The position numbers were made by a program, and so were the translations under genes. From Takakia lepidozioides (lineage: Eukaryota; Plantae; Bryophyta), in contig CM060732.1 in assembly GCA_030704615.1 (NCBI GenBank), positions 74,462,001 through 74,526,000 of the forward strand: a DNA stretch of 64,000 nucleotides. The letters are read 5' to 3'. Shown here in pieces: positions 1 to 14,265 of the stretch; the first letter of the stretch is position 1; the number at the start of each line of letters is the position of its first letter. The notes beneath the pieces are model-generated. The model did not search any database and was not told the origin of the DNA. It worked only from the letters and a program-made list of their open reading frames with translations.

Positions 1-467
1 AAAGCACGAAGCTAAGAGTGTGTTTCTTACTGTCTGGTACACTACATAAGGCCTCTGGTGATGTCCAGATTCAGTACAAATAACAGCACATCTGGATTGT
101 TGAAAGCATAGCGCCCACGAGCTTCCAGCTCATCAAAGAAAGAGATTTATTTCCGCAAGGACCAAATAATGTGAACTGGTCAGTCTCTGTAACAGATAAG
201 GGTATCTGCATTGCTCACCTCAAGGCCCCCATACAGAGTAAGTATGTTTCAATTCAAAGAAAGGTCATCTCTAGAATTCCAACTCGCAAACAGCTTGAAA
301 GGTTTGGAACATATCAGGATCACGTGCTGTGGATGCAACACCAATTAGCCTGAGTTCAACAAGCTCAAAGGTGCAGACCTCTTAGAGGTCCAAAACAACA
401 CAGGTCAAATGTTTTCAAATTGAAACCTATCTCTAGCAGCGTCACCCTGTTACAATGCTATGATGGG

Positions 468-2019
468 TTAGTGATTAGGGTGCACATTTGGTATGGAAGG
501 GCAGGGAGCTGATGTTGTTGTACGGGGAGAAAATGCTGCTGCCTGCTCGAGGTGTGCAAGAGTGGTTTTGTACACACTTGTCATGTAAGCCACCAGCTTC
601 TCCTCGGTAAAATTTGTAACGGGGTTCACCTCAAAACTCCAGTCCACCTTTGTGCGACCCTCCCCAGCATCTTTCAACTGCAAAACATGCCAAACCAACG
701 TGAGTGCGAGAGCTAGAGAATAAGACAGAGAGAGAGTTCCACAAGATACGAATTTGTTAACAATAGGGAGACAAAAGTTGAATGCTATGAGCTGTGCTCG
801 CCAACAACAGACAATGCTCTGAAAACCGATTTCAAAAGTGTGTGCGTGAGAGAGAGAGGAACAGATAGGAGAGATAAGCTCCAGGTTTACATTGCCAAGA
901 AGCTCACATTAGCAAAATATCGGTTCCCCAACATAGGTGGGTCAGAACTTTGCTACAGATAAAGACCTTGTTATACAACTTCTTTAGACACTATACAGAG
1001 GCATGCATTATTAGATTCGCAACAAAGCTTCAACCCATGCATAAAAGGAAATGGAACTGTTTGAAGTGTACTCTTGCCTTACAGGCCTCCATCTGTCATA
1101 GATGGGAGGTGACTATGAAACACAGTTGATCCCACCTCGAGTGGGGTCACCTGTAAGTACGACTATCTTCATCATACTCAAACACAACCCCATTAATCTG
1201 TCCTTGCAATTGACCTCTCCAATTCATTGGTTGGTGCAATGGTTAGAGGTTTTGTCAAGAAATGTCAGGACATGGCCAGTTCAGTAGCGTTCCCTTAATG
1301 GGACAAGCAATGGAATAAGTGGCATCTCAAACTCACAGCTACTTAAGCACTGTTCAAGAAAGTGTCTGTCAACAAGCAAACATGCACAGATTTCTCTCCT
1401 TTTTCAGTTGGTTGTTACCTGTTACTGCAGATATGTTAGTCCATGGGTAAATGGCACATCTCTGCTCTCTTACCTCTCATACACTACCACGCCACACGGA
1501 CCATATGAGTGCAAGCTGCCTATAGCAAGAACAGTCTAAATAAGGACATCTCAAGTATCTAAGCGTCTATTTTCCTGTCTCTTGCTACTTCCATCATCAC
1601 CTACATGTGAAACCTTGCTAGGTGTAACTCACCTGCACCTTAGCAATATAGCCTTCAAAACCAAAACAGCTATCTTCCATCGCATACGACAAGCAGTGAT
1701 TCTCATCATCAATCATCAGCAACCTCTCTTTTGCCCAGGTTTCTCCACCACCCTCCCTCGGAAACGAATGGCCAACAGCATACCGCAAGCAGCCAGGTTT
1801 GCGATCCTCACCCTCCACCATTTCACAAGAATCCATTGTCGGTATCCATTTGTTTATGCCACAAAAATCTGACTGTAAAGCCCAAGCTTTATCCAATGGA
1901 GCAGCAATGATAACAATGATCGAGCCATGCCACTTGGCAGCTGGCATAAGATCCTCACTCGTCATAGCTCCTCCCGGAAAAGCCTCCTTCACAGCTTCTC
2001 TTGTTGAAAGGTCCTCCAT
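468..2019 (-). CDS. SRPBCC/START-like polyketide cyclase/dehydrase family protein (lachrymatory-factor-synthase-like), 2 exons, ~198 aa
   Basis: Exon 1 2019-1633 (KWHGSI..APLDKAWALQSDFCGINKWIPTMDSCEMVEGEDRKPGCLRY..WAKERLLMIDDENHCLSY) ends CAG|GTGAGT. Exon 2 677-468 follows TTTTGCAG| (LKDAGEGRTKVDWSFEVNPV). Phase-0 join. Motifs recognised as Polyketide_cyc2 type. Confidence 0.85.
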
Positions 2020-3556
2020 GAGCGATTTGACAGAAGAACCTTATAATTGCCGAGCTATATCTGTGAACTTCGACTACCCACAACTGAAACCTGGTCAAGT
2101 TAAGACACTGTCAGCTAATGCAAGTAAGGGATAAAGTACCCTGAGAGCGTACTTGGTCAAATTACTCTATCAAGCAACTGTTAGAGCTGCCTTAGACATC
2201 AAACAAGAACTTTGGTATCAACTCCGTTCAAGCAGCTGCTGAATCTAATGATGGGATCAAAGGCTACACTTCAATCATCACATGCGTTCTGAGTTTGCCA
2301 TAATACAGGCCGTCTCATGTCCTGCCCTGCAATTACCATTGCACGAAATTCTTGGGCACCCAAGTTCTCAGTGCAGATGTCTACCTTGATTTAACAAGAC
2401 AAATTTGGTGGGCAGGTGTGACAACTGAATGAAGCGGATAGCTTGTCTCTCAGTGAGTGCAAATACAGATATTTAAAGCTAAATGACCGAACCTAGAAGG
2501 AGAGAAAGAGAATCTTCAGTAATGCTCCAGTTCATGAATTCGGCGAATCTTCAGAGAGACTTTTACTGAGCTGTATGATTGCCCCTTGCAATTTGGATGA
2601 AACCTGTACTGTAAGCCTTCCTGCCATTCTCTAAAAGACTCCTTGTTCTGGAAAACTCAGCCAGATCAGGGAAATTTACCACCTAGCTAGAGAAGCACAG
2701 ACTGCGAGGAGATGACTCATTGGCCAACACAAGTCTTGGGCAAGCGAGAAACGCACTTCGGGCAACATTCAGAAATCTTCGAACAAAAGTGCCATCCACG
2801 GGGGAAATAAGTAGCTGTGTACAGTCATCACAAAAGAAAGATCCCCTCTAACTTCCAAGCCAACCAACACAGAATCCTCGGACAAACACTCACAAAATTC
2901 CCATAAGAGATTTGAGCGCCACATCAAAGGCAGACCCAGCGAGTGAAGACGAGCATCTCCACAGTCAATTCCAGTTACTAACATCAATGGGAAGTTCTTT
3001 GCCTTCAAACGTTATGGGCAGTCCACAATGACTCATTTGGTTGGATTCCTTCTCAGATGCGTTTAGGGTATGAAGCCGCTGGTCAAAGGCAGGATACTCG
3101 CTGATGCACTGGCCATGCAACTGTTGGCATCAGTGCACATCACATCACTTTGGAAAACATCCTATTTTTCTATTAAGATGACTCTTTGGTGCATGGAAGG
3201 GTATTTTTGTGGCTTGGACAAGGACAGTCTGGAAGGACTTAGAAATACACCATGCATTGATTGTGTATCATATATGCAGCTGTCCTCAGCAACAGTGACC
3301 ATCTTATTGCAATCGGAGGTCTTGGAATGCATCTAAGGAGGAGCTGCATAGCTGCAACTGTACTTAAAGCACATTAACGGAAGTATCATAGGATGTCTTC
3401 ATGCGATGTTACGACTTTCAATGCTTGAGGGCTGCTGCTAGGTGTCTTCATGTTTCCAAAAAGAAGGAGGCTGTTAGCCAGCATTGGTTGAACAGAGAAA
3501 AGAGGAACAACCTTCTTTTGAAAGCTACTTTAGAATAATGCACAAAACTGAGGCTA

Positions 3557-5616
3557 CTAGCCTCCTCCAGTAAGAGAGAGACGATCACGCAAAGTGTCAA
3601 AAAGGGCTCCGGCAGCAGTGTTTTGACCGAAAGTGGACTTCAATCTGCCCAACAACTCACTATCTTTTGCTTGTGATGCTGCTTCTGCTGCTTCTTTCAC
3701 CATCCCAATACGTGCATATGCCTGCACCACATATCCAGGGTACCACCATAACTCCAGTCTTATACTGAAAGTATCCAAGCACTCACCAGCACAAGCAAAA
3801 TAAGGCTGTCACGCAAAGACAGGGAGAGAGTAGGGAGGCGGAGGGGGCTCAAAATACGGTGAATCGTACGGCTGTGCCATATAATAGCAGAGCTCTGGCC
3901 CAAGGCAGTACAGTACCTCCAGGGCAGAAGTGACAAATACCAAGTGAAACTGCCATAGCTCTCTGCCAAAACTTGCATTTCCTATGACACAGGAAAAAGA
4001 TAGGTGGCAGGTTTGATGTGGTAGTAATAGAGATAAGGAGATCAGCACTGTAGTGCTGGCATACTCAAAGCAGGTAGGTACCTCGGCCCGTTCGTGAGGA
4101 TCAGAGAGCTTCACAATATACTTCAATGCTTCATCAGTTTCACCTTCTTCTATGCACGCCTCCACAAATGCCTTGTAACCTGAACCATTCATTGCAACCA
4201 GATCCTAGAGTTAGACACGGTGTCAAAGAACACTAGGGAGAGAGAGAAGGTTCAGATCTACAATTAGCTGGGAAACCCCACTACATGAGTCCCATCTTCT
4301 CCATGTAAACACCATTCCAATCCTCAATCCACCTTTTGACGTGTTTCAACACCCATTCTCATCATGTTAGGACCTATCTGCACTTATTTAGGCAGTGTAC
4401 CAGTTGCATTTGGTGAAATTGGGGAGCGAAGTAGCCCTGCCTCAGTAACATTCTGTTGTCTAAAGCAGCTTGTACAAATACAGTGAATTGTCCAAACCAC
4501 ATTGACGTTGACTGTTGACTTATTCACGGCTGTCAAAGTGGAGAACCCCAGAAAATTGTACCTATAGGGGGCTTTCTCTCTTTGGAGAACGTCTCCAGAG
4601 CATCCCAATGCTTTGCAGTTGCAAGCGCAAACACTTTGAGCCAGTAGAATCGTTTATCAGGGACCTGCAACAGGAGATATCCCCTTTATTGACTCTTCAA
4701 ATGACGGCAGAAGCAGAATCCATCAGCATGTTTTCGACAAGGAACACACAAACACATCTACAACATAATCCTAGATTTCTAGAAGCATTGGAGCAGACAT
4801 GCAATTACAACAAAATCATATCAACCAAACTCCAACAGGTATACTGCATTTGGAGGTTCAGACAGTCCGAGGGCATCAAAGCTTCACAGATGAGCACTGG
4901 GTACTCGTTGATGCCCAGAGAAAGCCACTAACATTTTCCTCCTCTACCCTCCATCTAGTGTAGATGGCCTCTGGTGAATGTTTATTTAAAGGTCATGGGC
5001 ACTCTTTTGGATATTCAATCGTGCAATCTTCGTGAAATGTGGTCATTCCAACTCCTGAGCATGATTGAGGTGGCTTGGAATGAACCAACCAGAGCGATCT
5101 TGAAGTAAGTGAAATGAAAACACGGTCAGATTAGCCTACGTAACCCTAAGTTAGTCTCTTTGAAACTGTCCTATTATAATGTGGAGGCCCATGCGGTGGA
5201 TTGCCATGATTTAACTTGGGGTGCATAGATAAGGCAATTAAGAAGTAAATGGAAAGGTTCACTTTACAGACTTGATTTAGATCAGATATGACCACTTGTT
5301 TCTCATTTTGCAAAAAGCCAGTTAAGGGTTAAATCTTGGATGAAAGAGGATCCAGTCAAGCAGTCCAGGGCACCTTAAAGTCAGTGCGGATGCGTTGGGC
5401 AGCACGATTGTTGCCAAGAGTGATACACGTCCGTATGGTGTCACTCACACTTGAGTCCACAAAGATGGCCTGCCCTGTTGCCACCTCCAACTCCTGCTGC
5501 AGCCTGCCAAACCTCATGGTTCAAGTCATGCAGCCCTAGCCTTTGCAATGCATTAGCAGCTCCAAAGGCCATTGACTATTGACTCTTCCAGTTGTAATGA
5601 GGATGCTTGTGTACGT

Positions 5617-5654
<38 letters not shown>

Positions 5655-8600
5655 CAATGACTCAAAACATGAAAGAAGTGTGAAAGAGTACTTAAGCAAT
5701 TTCGCCTGTTCTTCAGCAGCCTTAGATTCAAAGGCATGATCCTTGGTCTGCACAAAGAACTCGCCAGCTTGCTCTATCAGCTTCAACCGGGGGCCTTGCA
5801 ATGCCGAACCTGACCGTGCCCCAAGATTGGCGGAATAAGTCCATGAATCCCGCAAGAAAACTTCTGCAACTCCCTGTCAAATCCACCAGTAGTTCCTTGT
5901 CAGGGATACTTCCTCTGTTTTTTCTCTTCCCTTACTATTACAGCTCATTCCAGGATCCCTCTAATAAAGACTGGTTAGTAGCACAGCCCTCTACCAAAAA
6001 TACTTATAGCCTCTACTGCTTTGGCATCACATCAAAACCACAAGCCTTGCAAGCAGCGGCTCTGCAGGCTTTGATCTCTCGCACTTCAGTGACAGTCTCA
6101 GTATGGAACTGGCACCACTCCCAGGAACAACCCATGTCCTTTCACAATACTAAAGCTCTAAAAATTGTTCCCAAACACAACTCTGATGTCTTTGCTTGAC
6201 ATACACAGTTGATAAGAAAGAAGCTGTTATATTGGAGAAGGATAGATAGTCCGGATCTGGCTATTATGTACACGGTCGACAGATACCTGCGGTTGACCAA
6301 TTGACATATAAAATTTCTTTAAAAGTTCGGGCTCATTCTGTCTGCACATAGAAGAAAACAAGTATTACTTTAAAAGAACAGACAGGCTCTTGACATGAGT
6401 TACTCCCATGGAACCGGAAAAGATTTTTTTAACTCCCATCAGGCGTTGCCTCATCTAGCTTATTCCTTCCACAGTCCTGGTTCCTAAAGTGATGCAGGGT
6501 GAAGTTAGACCCCAAACAAAAGACAAGAAGGAACAGCATTTACACATTACTATGAGAGAGTCCACTGACAGCAAATAATACCCAGGAATCCAACAGAACA
6601 TGAACTCTATGATATGTATGATGACTGTTCTCTGTCTCACATACAAGCACTTGGATTGAACTTCAGCTTTTAGCCAGAGAAATGCCCAAGATGGAGAGAA
6701 GTTATTAATCTATGTAGATGAATCCAACCAGCAGTAGCATAATGTCACCTTGCATAGGAGATGAACAAATTACGAGCAAGAGGCCTCGCTTGAATGATGC
6801 GAAAGAATTCGATGGCTGATTTCTGTATCACAGAGGAGTAAAGCACAAAGCTGTGATCAAATAAGTACGTGGTTTGCGGACAATCCCCCTTCGTCAGGTA
6901 CATGCTGTTCACACAATTCCATGTCTTCAGGAGCCAGTGTCACTGTCAAGGGTTAGCCTATGAAGATATTGCAGTACACCTGCCTTGGCAACTGCACCAA
7001 AATACCGACTTCATGATGCAAAACAGGTGAGAGAAAGCAAGCTTTCCGCAAAAGCATTACACCCCACAGAAGTGCCCACTACAAGTCATCAGCCCTGTAT
7101 GTTAGACGTGCAAGCCCGGAGTTGAATGAAAACAAGACTCGGCGGAATTAAATGGACCACCACAGCAGGAACTTTGTGACATCAGGGGCTACTGCGCATT
7201 CTACAGTGCCCCACAGTTCACTGTTACTCTGCAATAGAGATGCTCAAGGCTTACTTGGCGCCAAATATGGAATATTGAGAAGTAGACCAGATCCGTGTCT
7301 CCACTCTCAACGGCCTTCACCAGCGCTCTCTCTTCCTCTCCCATACTTGTCAAAAGAGGGACCTGTCAATTGGTCAAGATACCATGGAGATCAGAGAGAC
7401 TCAAAGAACTGTCAAATGCCTATCTACCTTGTTCTGCAAAAGATAGTTCCTAAGTAGCCAACCGCACTTTGCGTATGTGAGTACCTGCTGGTCTAACTAT
7501 CCCTTCAGCCCACTCACTCTCTCCCGCCCAAACTGGGCACGGAGTCTATGGCCACAGGGCTATGGCAAACAATGTCGCCTAAGTACATTCTCTCTCTCCC
7601 ACCTGTAAGCTTACCTGCCTAGGTGCTAGGCTTTTGTACAAAGCTTGAGCTATGAATTGTTGTACTCATGTCCTAGGACCTTGGGACTTCTCGTGGAGTT
7701 AACTTCTTTTTCCTATCTCTCTGTCTCTCTGCTTTTTAGCTACCTTCAAAATGGGTACCAACTTGTGGCTACAAAACCCAGAGGAAGATCAGGACTCAGT
7801 AGATCTTCCTCTTCAAGCTTCTACACGAAGCACAACAGTATATTTCCTGTCACATGCACCATTCAATCCTGCCTTTTGAAAATAAACATAAAGAATCCCT
7901 GGAGAGCATAGTGTGGCTAACCTGCTCAGCAGAGCGCGGTTCAAAGTCAAGAAGAAGGGCTGCCAACTTCTGTCGACCGTTTCCATATGCATTGGCAGCC
8001 ACTGCTGCATATGAAATTCCTGGGCATGTTTTCAGCTGCACGCCACATAATGAGCAATTAATTGATCTAACACGGACAGTTCTAACCCAATCAGTTAGTA
8101 GAGTCCAGCTATACTCCACAATAGACTAGCAGAATGCAGTCTTGGAAGTATCTAGTGGACACACAATGCCGGTCAAAGCTTTTGAGTGGACCACGATGCT
8201 TTGTCTTTCACCACCGGTCATCAAGTCATTCCAACCTTGTATGACTTTGGATGTGATAAGTGCAGGATTCTTTCAAGACATGCAAATCATGAACCCAAAG
8301 TCTCTGAATAGCCCAAATCAAATGCCTGAGTGCACTAACCCAGACCCATTCTTTAAAGGGCCCAATCTTACCTCCTTGGGTCCCCGTTCATGATTGGATG
8401 AGGTAACTGGACTTTGTAAACCACCCCCAAAGCCCCATATAAAGTGGCGAGATATTGATAACAACCACAAGTAGATCACCTTCACTAATACTTGATATTG
8501 TGGCACCTGATATTGGCACCTTCACTAATACTTGAAATCCACACAACTGCTTGACAGCCACCACTTAGCACATCATTTGGGTCACCGTACAGTGTCTTTG

Positions 8601-11600
8601 GCGTCTGCTCAATAAGTTCTGGCCTCAAATGTATCATACAAGATATCTATGAGCAGCCAATCTTCATTTGTAAATGGTTCTCACATTTGGCACTCGCAAG
8701 GGTAACATGCATATTCCAAACTCTAAAATGCTTGTGAGACACGAATCCAACCTTTTCCACAAGGACATCCAAGACAACCGCATCTGGTACATCAGAGGCT
8801 GCTTTAATTTTTGCACATGCCCAGTGCAAAAGAACCGTGTCCTGTTCAACAAACAAAGGGAACATGTAAATTGCATTCCATGAAAGGATGCTGTGAACAG
8901 GGACAGAAACATCAAATGAGAAAGACCCTGCATTAGTTTGGTGAGATCTTGGAGAAAGGAAGGCACTGACAATCACTGCTATACAGCCCATCTGAGAATG
9001 CACTATGCACTTCGAAGTCAGATTCAGTCAATTGTGTCGTTAAGTAAATGGACAACGTACTAGAAAGTTTGTATGAAACTCCATAACAACTAATGTGTCC
9101 TCAGTGAAAGGAAAAGTGAGTTGGGCAAAGCTTTTCCAGGCACACACCTTACTCAAGTTGAGGTACTCGGAGATGCGCAGAGCCAGAAGGTGGCGATGAG
9201 CATTCACCAGTCGCGCTATTAGGACTGGTGCAGTCAATACCTGCTCACAGCAATGTCGGATGCCTCAAACGTATCAAAAACCCATGAGCTCTACGTGATC
9301 AGTTTGTCTGTTGAATTGTTGCCAAAGCTGCTAAGAAACGCCTAGTACTCTCTGCTTTCCTCACTAGCTAGCATATGTCATATGGTCTTGTGTTCTGAAG
9401 GAAGAAAATCAACTTTTGAGGATCAAATGGTCACCAGCAGTTACAATAGGAACTGAGAGAGCCACTAATGACCTGCCTTGAACTGTTGAATGCTGAGCGG
9501 GACACCAATGTCAAATCGACGGACAGCATTGAGCACTCTTAGTGTCTTACACATGTCCTGAAACTGGTCCCGATGGAATTTTCTGTCACCAAAAAGCTAG
9601 ACATCTCAATCACTCTCCACTTTGCACGTCCCTCCTCATTAGTACATCAAAGATAAACAACTCCTTATCAACTATGGTTGTCCCTGGAGCCTGCAAGTTC
9701 TGTATAACTCTGTAATTAGAAGCTGTTCTACTTTTCTATCAAAGACAATGCTTTTGTGGAACCCTCATCAAACAGCATACGTGCCACTACTAGAGCCAGC
9801 CTTCAGGGCTGGTTGTGGCCTCTCTTCTTCTCTCCACTTCATATCGAGCTAAAGATCTGACCCCGACAACCTGCAAAATGCTCGTCCATAAGCTGCAGCA
9901 CGCAGGAGGGTTCGTTGCTGCGAGATGTCATATTCATGCCCTGCTGCATCGATGCAATCTCCCACAGCCTCTGCTAGTGAATCATCGATTAGCCTTATGT
10001 TTTCATCTGCCTGTATGCCATGCCCAATCAATAACTTAGTTTTAGAACCTGATTTGTGAGAGAGACGACCACTGTATCATAATGTGTCAAACCTCATCTA
10101 TGGAAATTACCTTGGCACTGCGCTTGTCAAAATGGTCTAGGGCATCATATAACATTGCTGCGGGTGATGTGCTGCCAATTTTGAAGATAGAGACAGCAGA
10201 GTCTGGCACCCGCTGCAGAAACTCCATGTATGTATTGGAGAGGATTCGAACACCATCACATTCGGGTATCAGAAAGAGGGGCTCATCATATGGATACTTG
10301 ACAGAATCCCCATAGGGACCCACCATCAGCAGCGTCTCGTCCCAGTATAGCAGCACACTGTCAATTCCGCACCATACAAGCTGTGCTGGGGGCAGCGCTG
10401 ACTGCACTCAGCACTCAAGCATTTCAAACCATTAGGAAGATGGATAAAGAGACAGCTGATAAAAAGGTCTTCCTTGGGCAAAAAGCTTACAATAAGAAGA
10501 CTAGATAGGACAAGAGTCAATGAAATGATATAATGAAAGCTGGTCCAAGTCCTTTGCTCTCATATGTGTCAAGCGATGGAAAGCCAGCTAGGGGGTGTAT
10601 TCTTTGATTTATGTATGAGAGGCGAAGGCGCCAGCTAAAGTTGTTGTAGTGTGTAAAGAGACCAAGACCAATGACAGCAACTAGCAGGTTCATTCCACTC
10701 CTACTTGATTTATTTCTGCAAACTACCTCCTCTTGCGGCAATCAAATAAGTAACAGACACCAAATAGTCTGTAAGAACCAAAACCAACAGAAAAAAAGGA
10801 TACTTGACTACTTCATACAAGAGGTAAAGCTAGCTTGGGAAGAGCTCATGTTTATATTTTTTGTTGTAGAATCAAAGGTTGCCTTTTGGTACATACCTCA
10901 GTATTGAATTCAGAGAAAGTCTTGGAAAAGTCAGTGGTAACCACCAGCAATCGTCCATCGTGGGAAAAGCAAGCCAAAAACTTTCCATCTGGGGACAGGG
11001 TCATCTTCTGCATGGGCCCAATTGACGTCGTTTCACTCACACAATTTTCTGCGTCCACCATAAGTACTGAGGATCCCACAGCTAAAAGGACCTCCAGCTG
11101 GCCAGAAAGAGTGTATTGAGGCTCAATTACTGCTATACAAAGGGGCGGTTCTTCGAGCTCAGGATCGGCCAGCTTGACTACCTGCGGTTTATCCAGATTG
11201 GGCACACTAAACAGTAAATTTTGCTCCGTAATGCAAACGAACCCACTCCCCCAAATAACACAGTCAGCAACCCCTTGATCCCAACACTCTTGACCGAGTG
11301 AAATTTGCTGCGGTAGAAGCTCTCCATGGATGTTATACTGGAACACCGTGCCATCTTGCACGACGCATAGAAGTATCTCCTCATCAGTCCAGCCCATGGA
11401 AATCAGGCGACCCCCAGGCCTATCCCAGATGACAGAGGACAAAAGCTTTCCTGACGAAGAAAATATGAGAAGCTTTGCACGTGCAGATTCAGCACGAAGC
11501 TGCACCATCTTCGACTCATCGCGAATAATTGCAATGGGGCCTCCGAATTTGGCACATGCCACCTTATGCCGGCTCAAATCCACATTCTGCCAACACATTG

Positions 11601-11670
11601 TGTAAATCTCCTGCTTTCCGTAGAACCGATTGTACAGCTCATTCCATTCCGCCGCTACGGATATCGCCAT
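3557..11670 (-). CDS. VPS16: Vacuolar protein sorting 16 / VACUOLELESS1 (HOPS/CORVET core subunit), 15 coding exons, 840 aa
   Basis: Exons 11670-10897, 10401-10111, 10010-9871, 9582-9477, 9240-9148, 8841-8752, 8035-7922, 7362-7255, 6822-6749, 6341-6287, 5873-5692, 5503-5374, 4664-4562, 4179-4082, 3721-3557 sum to 2523 nt with consistent phases. Recognisable segments: SVAAEW..RFYGKQEIY, FGGPIAIIRD, IGSTSPAAMLYDALDHFDKRSAKADEN, ESGDTDLVY, FKVPDKRFYWLKV. Confidence 0.95.
5617..5653. repeat. (GA)n microsatellite in a VPS16 intron
   Basis: About 18 GA units with one interruption. Confidence 0.9.
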
Positions 11671-13284
11671 TGTTGGTGTGAAGCAATCCCCAATACTTAC
11701 TTCAGACTTGCCAGAGTGAGCAGCTATGCTTCCGCTGTGTTGTCCCCCTAGTGCGGATCAAAACAGGATGCACCAATACATACCTCTGCCAACTTCCTCT
11801 CCGTTCTCTTCTCTATTTCAATCTGGCGAAGTCCACTCCACCCTTCTGGGCACAGTCGTCCCTCCGCCAGTCTCTATGCGATCCTCCATATTGCTCTTCA
11901 CTCATCCCATGCTCAGAAATGGGGTTTTGCAGAGAAGGATCCACAAGAACCTTCTACAAAAATCGCCAGGTTCTTGAGACTGACGTTTTGTGAGCTTGCT
12001 CATACAATCCACCTGTGCAAGAGATGTTGGTTAAACGAACAAGCCACGAGTCTGTCTCCCTCCTCTTCTATCTTTGCAACGTATTGTGACTCACCTGAGA
12101 GATTATTTTTCCGGAGCCCCTCACTTCAATGAACTCAACGTTGCCATTTTTGCAAGTGTCGAAAGTGGGTTTCCAATATCAGCAGAGGGTCCTGCCACAT
12201 CTAGCCTTCTGCTGTTTCAAGCATCAGAATTTCGCAGAATGCTTGAATTGGGCCCGTGTACCCCACAACCTAGTCGTGTGCAGAGATTGCATTCTTTTAT
12301 TAGTTTTTTCAGGTGTCAACTTTTCTGCATATGATTTTGACTATGGACACATAGGCCCTTCATACTTAGGATAGATAAGTGGATTCATTGAGATGTTGAT
12401 AATTCTAAGGGGATCACCAACCTTGGAGTCATGTTTCATATTCTGCTTTTCATCTGTCAACAACGTAGCTGTGATAAGCTTTCCAGTAACTTACACTGGG
12501 GATGTTCAGCCATCACTTCATTCTGGTCATTGGTATTGATTCCGGCATGAATGGGGAGGAGTTCAGACCTCCTTCCTCTCAACTTCACTCTTTTCTTACG
12601 AAAAAGGAAGTTAGGCATAAAATTTCACTGAACTTGATTCCAGTCTGTAACATGGGAAAGGACCTGAAGGATGATTTGAAGGGCCTACCTACCCTCGGCA
12701 CTAGACTGAAATATAAACTCAGGGTAAAAAGCCTACCTTCAAACAAAATACAGATGTAGAGAGGAAAAGGAGATTGTAATAGCCCGATGTGTAGGCAACC
12801 TGAGACAATATCCATTTTCTAATACGTTGTCCTGGGTGTTCTACCGAGCGCCTAGCCCTCTTCAGGAACATCAAGAACAGGCTTCATGCACCTCTGTTCA
12901 CCAATTTTGAAAATCTTGAGGCGGAGCCTAAAGCACAGGCCCAGTTGGGGTCTAACTATTGGGCTGCTCACACACAGCAGATTGATGATTGTGTGAAGGG
13001 CATTCTAGATGCACACACATAGGAGTGCCTTGATCTGGAGAGCCCAAACTAATTGTTTATAGCAAGGTAAGTCACACTACTGGAGTGAGCCCCTCACAAA
13101 GGTAGTGTCTGCTCCATATGCTTCCCATCCAAACTGGACGCAGGGGGTCTATGGCAACAAGGCTTCGGTAACCAAAGTCTTGTGAGTACATTCTTTGCTT
13201 ACAAATAATGACTCATTATGACAATATGACTTATCCACCCTGGTGTATGAAGCTACACAGATTCTTTCATGAACATAGCTCATT

Positions 13285-14265
13285 TCAACAGTAATCCCCA
13301 CAAGAACAAAACCCATCTTCGAAGTGGTGAAAGCTGTTTGAATCGCGTTCAAGAACTGCTCGCCCACAAGCTGTGAGATAAACTTGGTGGCAATGTGACG
13401 ATCACTGCAAACTTGAAGGTTCTTGGCAATGCGGAGAGGTGTCCTGGAGGGGGGTTGTGATGAGCGCAAAAGCAATGCCAAGCTTCTCACTGTGATGGCA
13501 AAGAGAAAATTCCTTTCTCTCCTCCTCAACATCATGGAGTAGAAAGCGCTTGTTAGGCACATACTCACTGTCCTTCATCAGCCAGGACCTAGCCTGTTTG
13601 ACGCGATCCTGCTTCCAATATATAGAGTTGATTAACTTAGAGTATCTGATATTGGACATATGTTGCAGCTGACCCCACCATCTGACCTTGAATTCATCTC
13701 GTCCCGGGAGCTTAAGGAAGGATGCCAAACCCACCCCGAACAGCCAATGCTATTTTGGAGCATGCTGACATGCACTCCTTAAGCACCCCCACTTGAATGG
13801 ATTCTAGAGACTTAGCCTGGTTGGAGTTATCAACCCATACTGCAGATGCATACTCCAAGGCAGGCCTAATAACGTCGCACAGCATGCCTTTTTTGACTTC
13901 AGAGTTGATCCCTCTGAACAAGCCAGCAGTTTGCACTTGCCAGGTTGAACGACTTTTTAAATATGTGCATCCCAATTACAGTGGGAGGAAATCTCAATGC
14001 CAAGGTATGTGTAGGAAGGGAGGACCGGAATCTCTTGGCTTCCCCACTGCCGCTTGAAGACAATCTCTTCACTTCAGCATGGATTTCACCAATCCTTGGA
14101 TGCAATTTGTCTTCTACAACAAATGTATGCACCCGGTCCTCAATGCAGCAGCGGCCTGGCTCCATTCTGATACTCTGTCCTCCATCATTTTCTCAGCTTA
14201 GCTCTATCATTCGACCAGCCAGTTGTAGCATAGACGTTTGAGAGCAGCTCGTAAGTTGGAGATGC
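13285..14265 (-). pseudogene. Disrupted E2/E+/DYW cytidine-deaminase tail of the PPR gene
   Basis: Segments in shifting frames: YELLSNVYATTGWSNDRAKLRK / MEPGRCCIEDRVHTFVVEDKLHPRIGEIHAEVKRL / MKDSEYVPNKRFLLHDVEEERKEFSLCHHSEKLGIAF / [23 protein letters not shown] / [20 protein letters not shown]. About 5 frameshifts, CxxC changed to CSDR, DYW changed to DYC, plus a ~470 bp insertion. Confidence 0.9.
13587..14060 (-). mobile_element. Non-LTR retrotransposon (LINE) RT C-terminal fragment inserted in the DYW domain
   Basis: VIRPALEYASAVW..LESIQ resembles the post-RT motif of LINE ORF2. It interrupts the otherwise collinear ..KRLS | WLMKDSEYVP.. junction. Boundaries approximate. Confidence 0.65.

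Noticed and set aside
12070-12760. Possible gene fragment between VPS16 and the PPR gene
   Set aside because: Short ORFs with stops and no motif I can identify.
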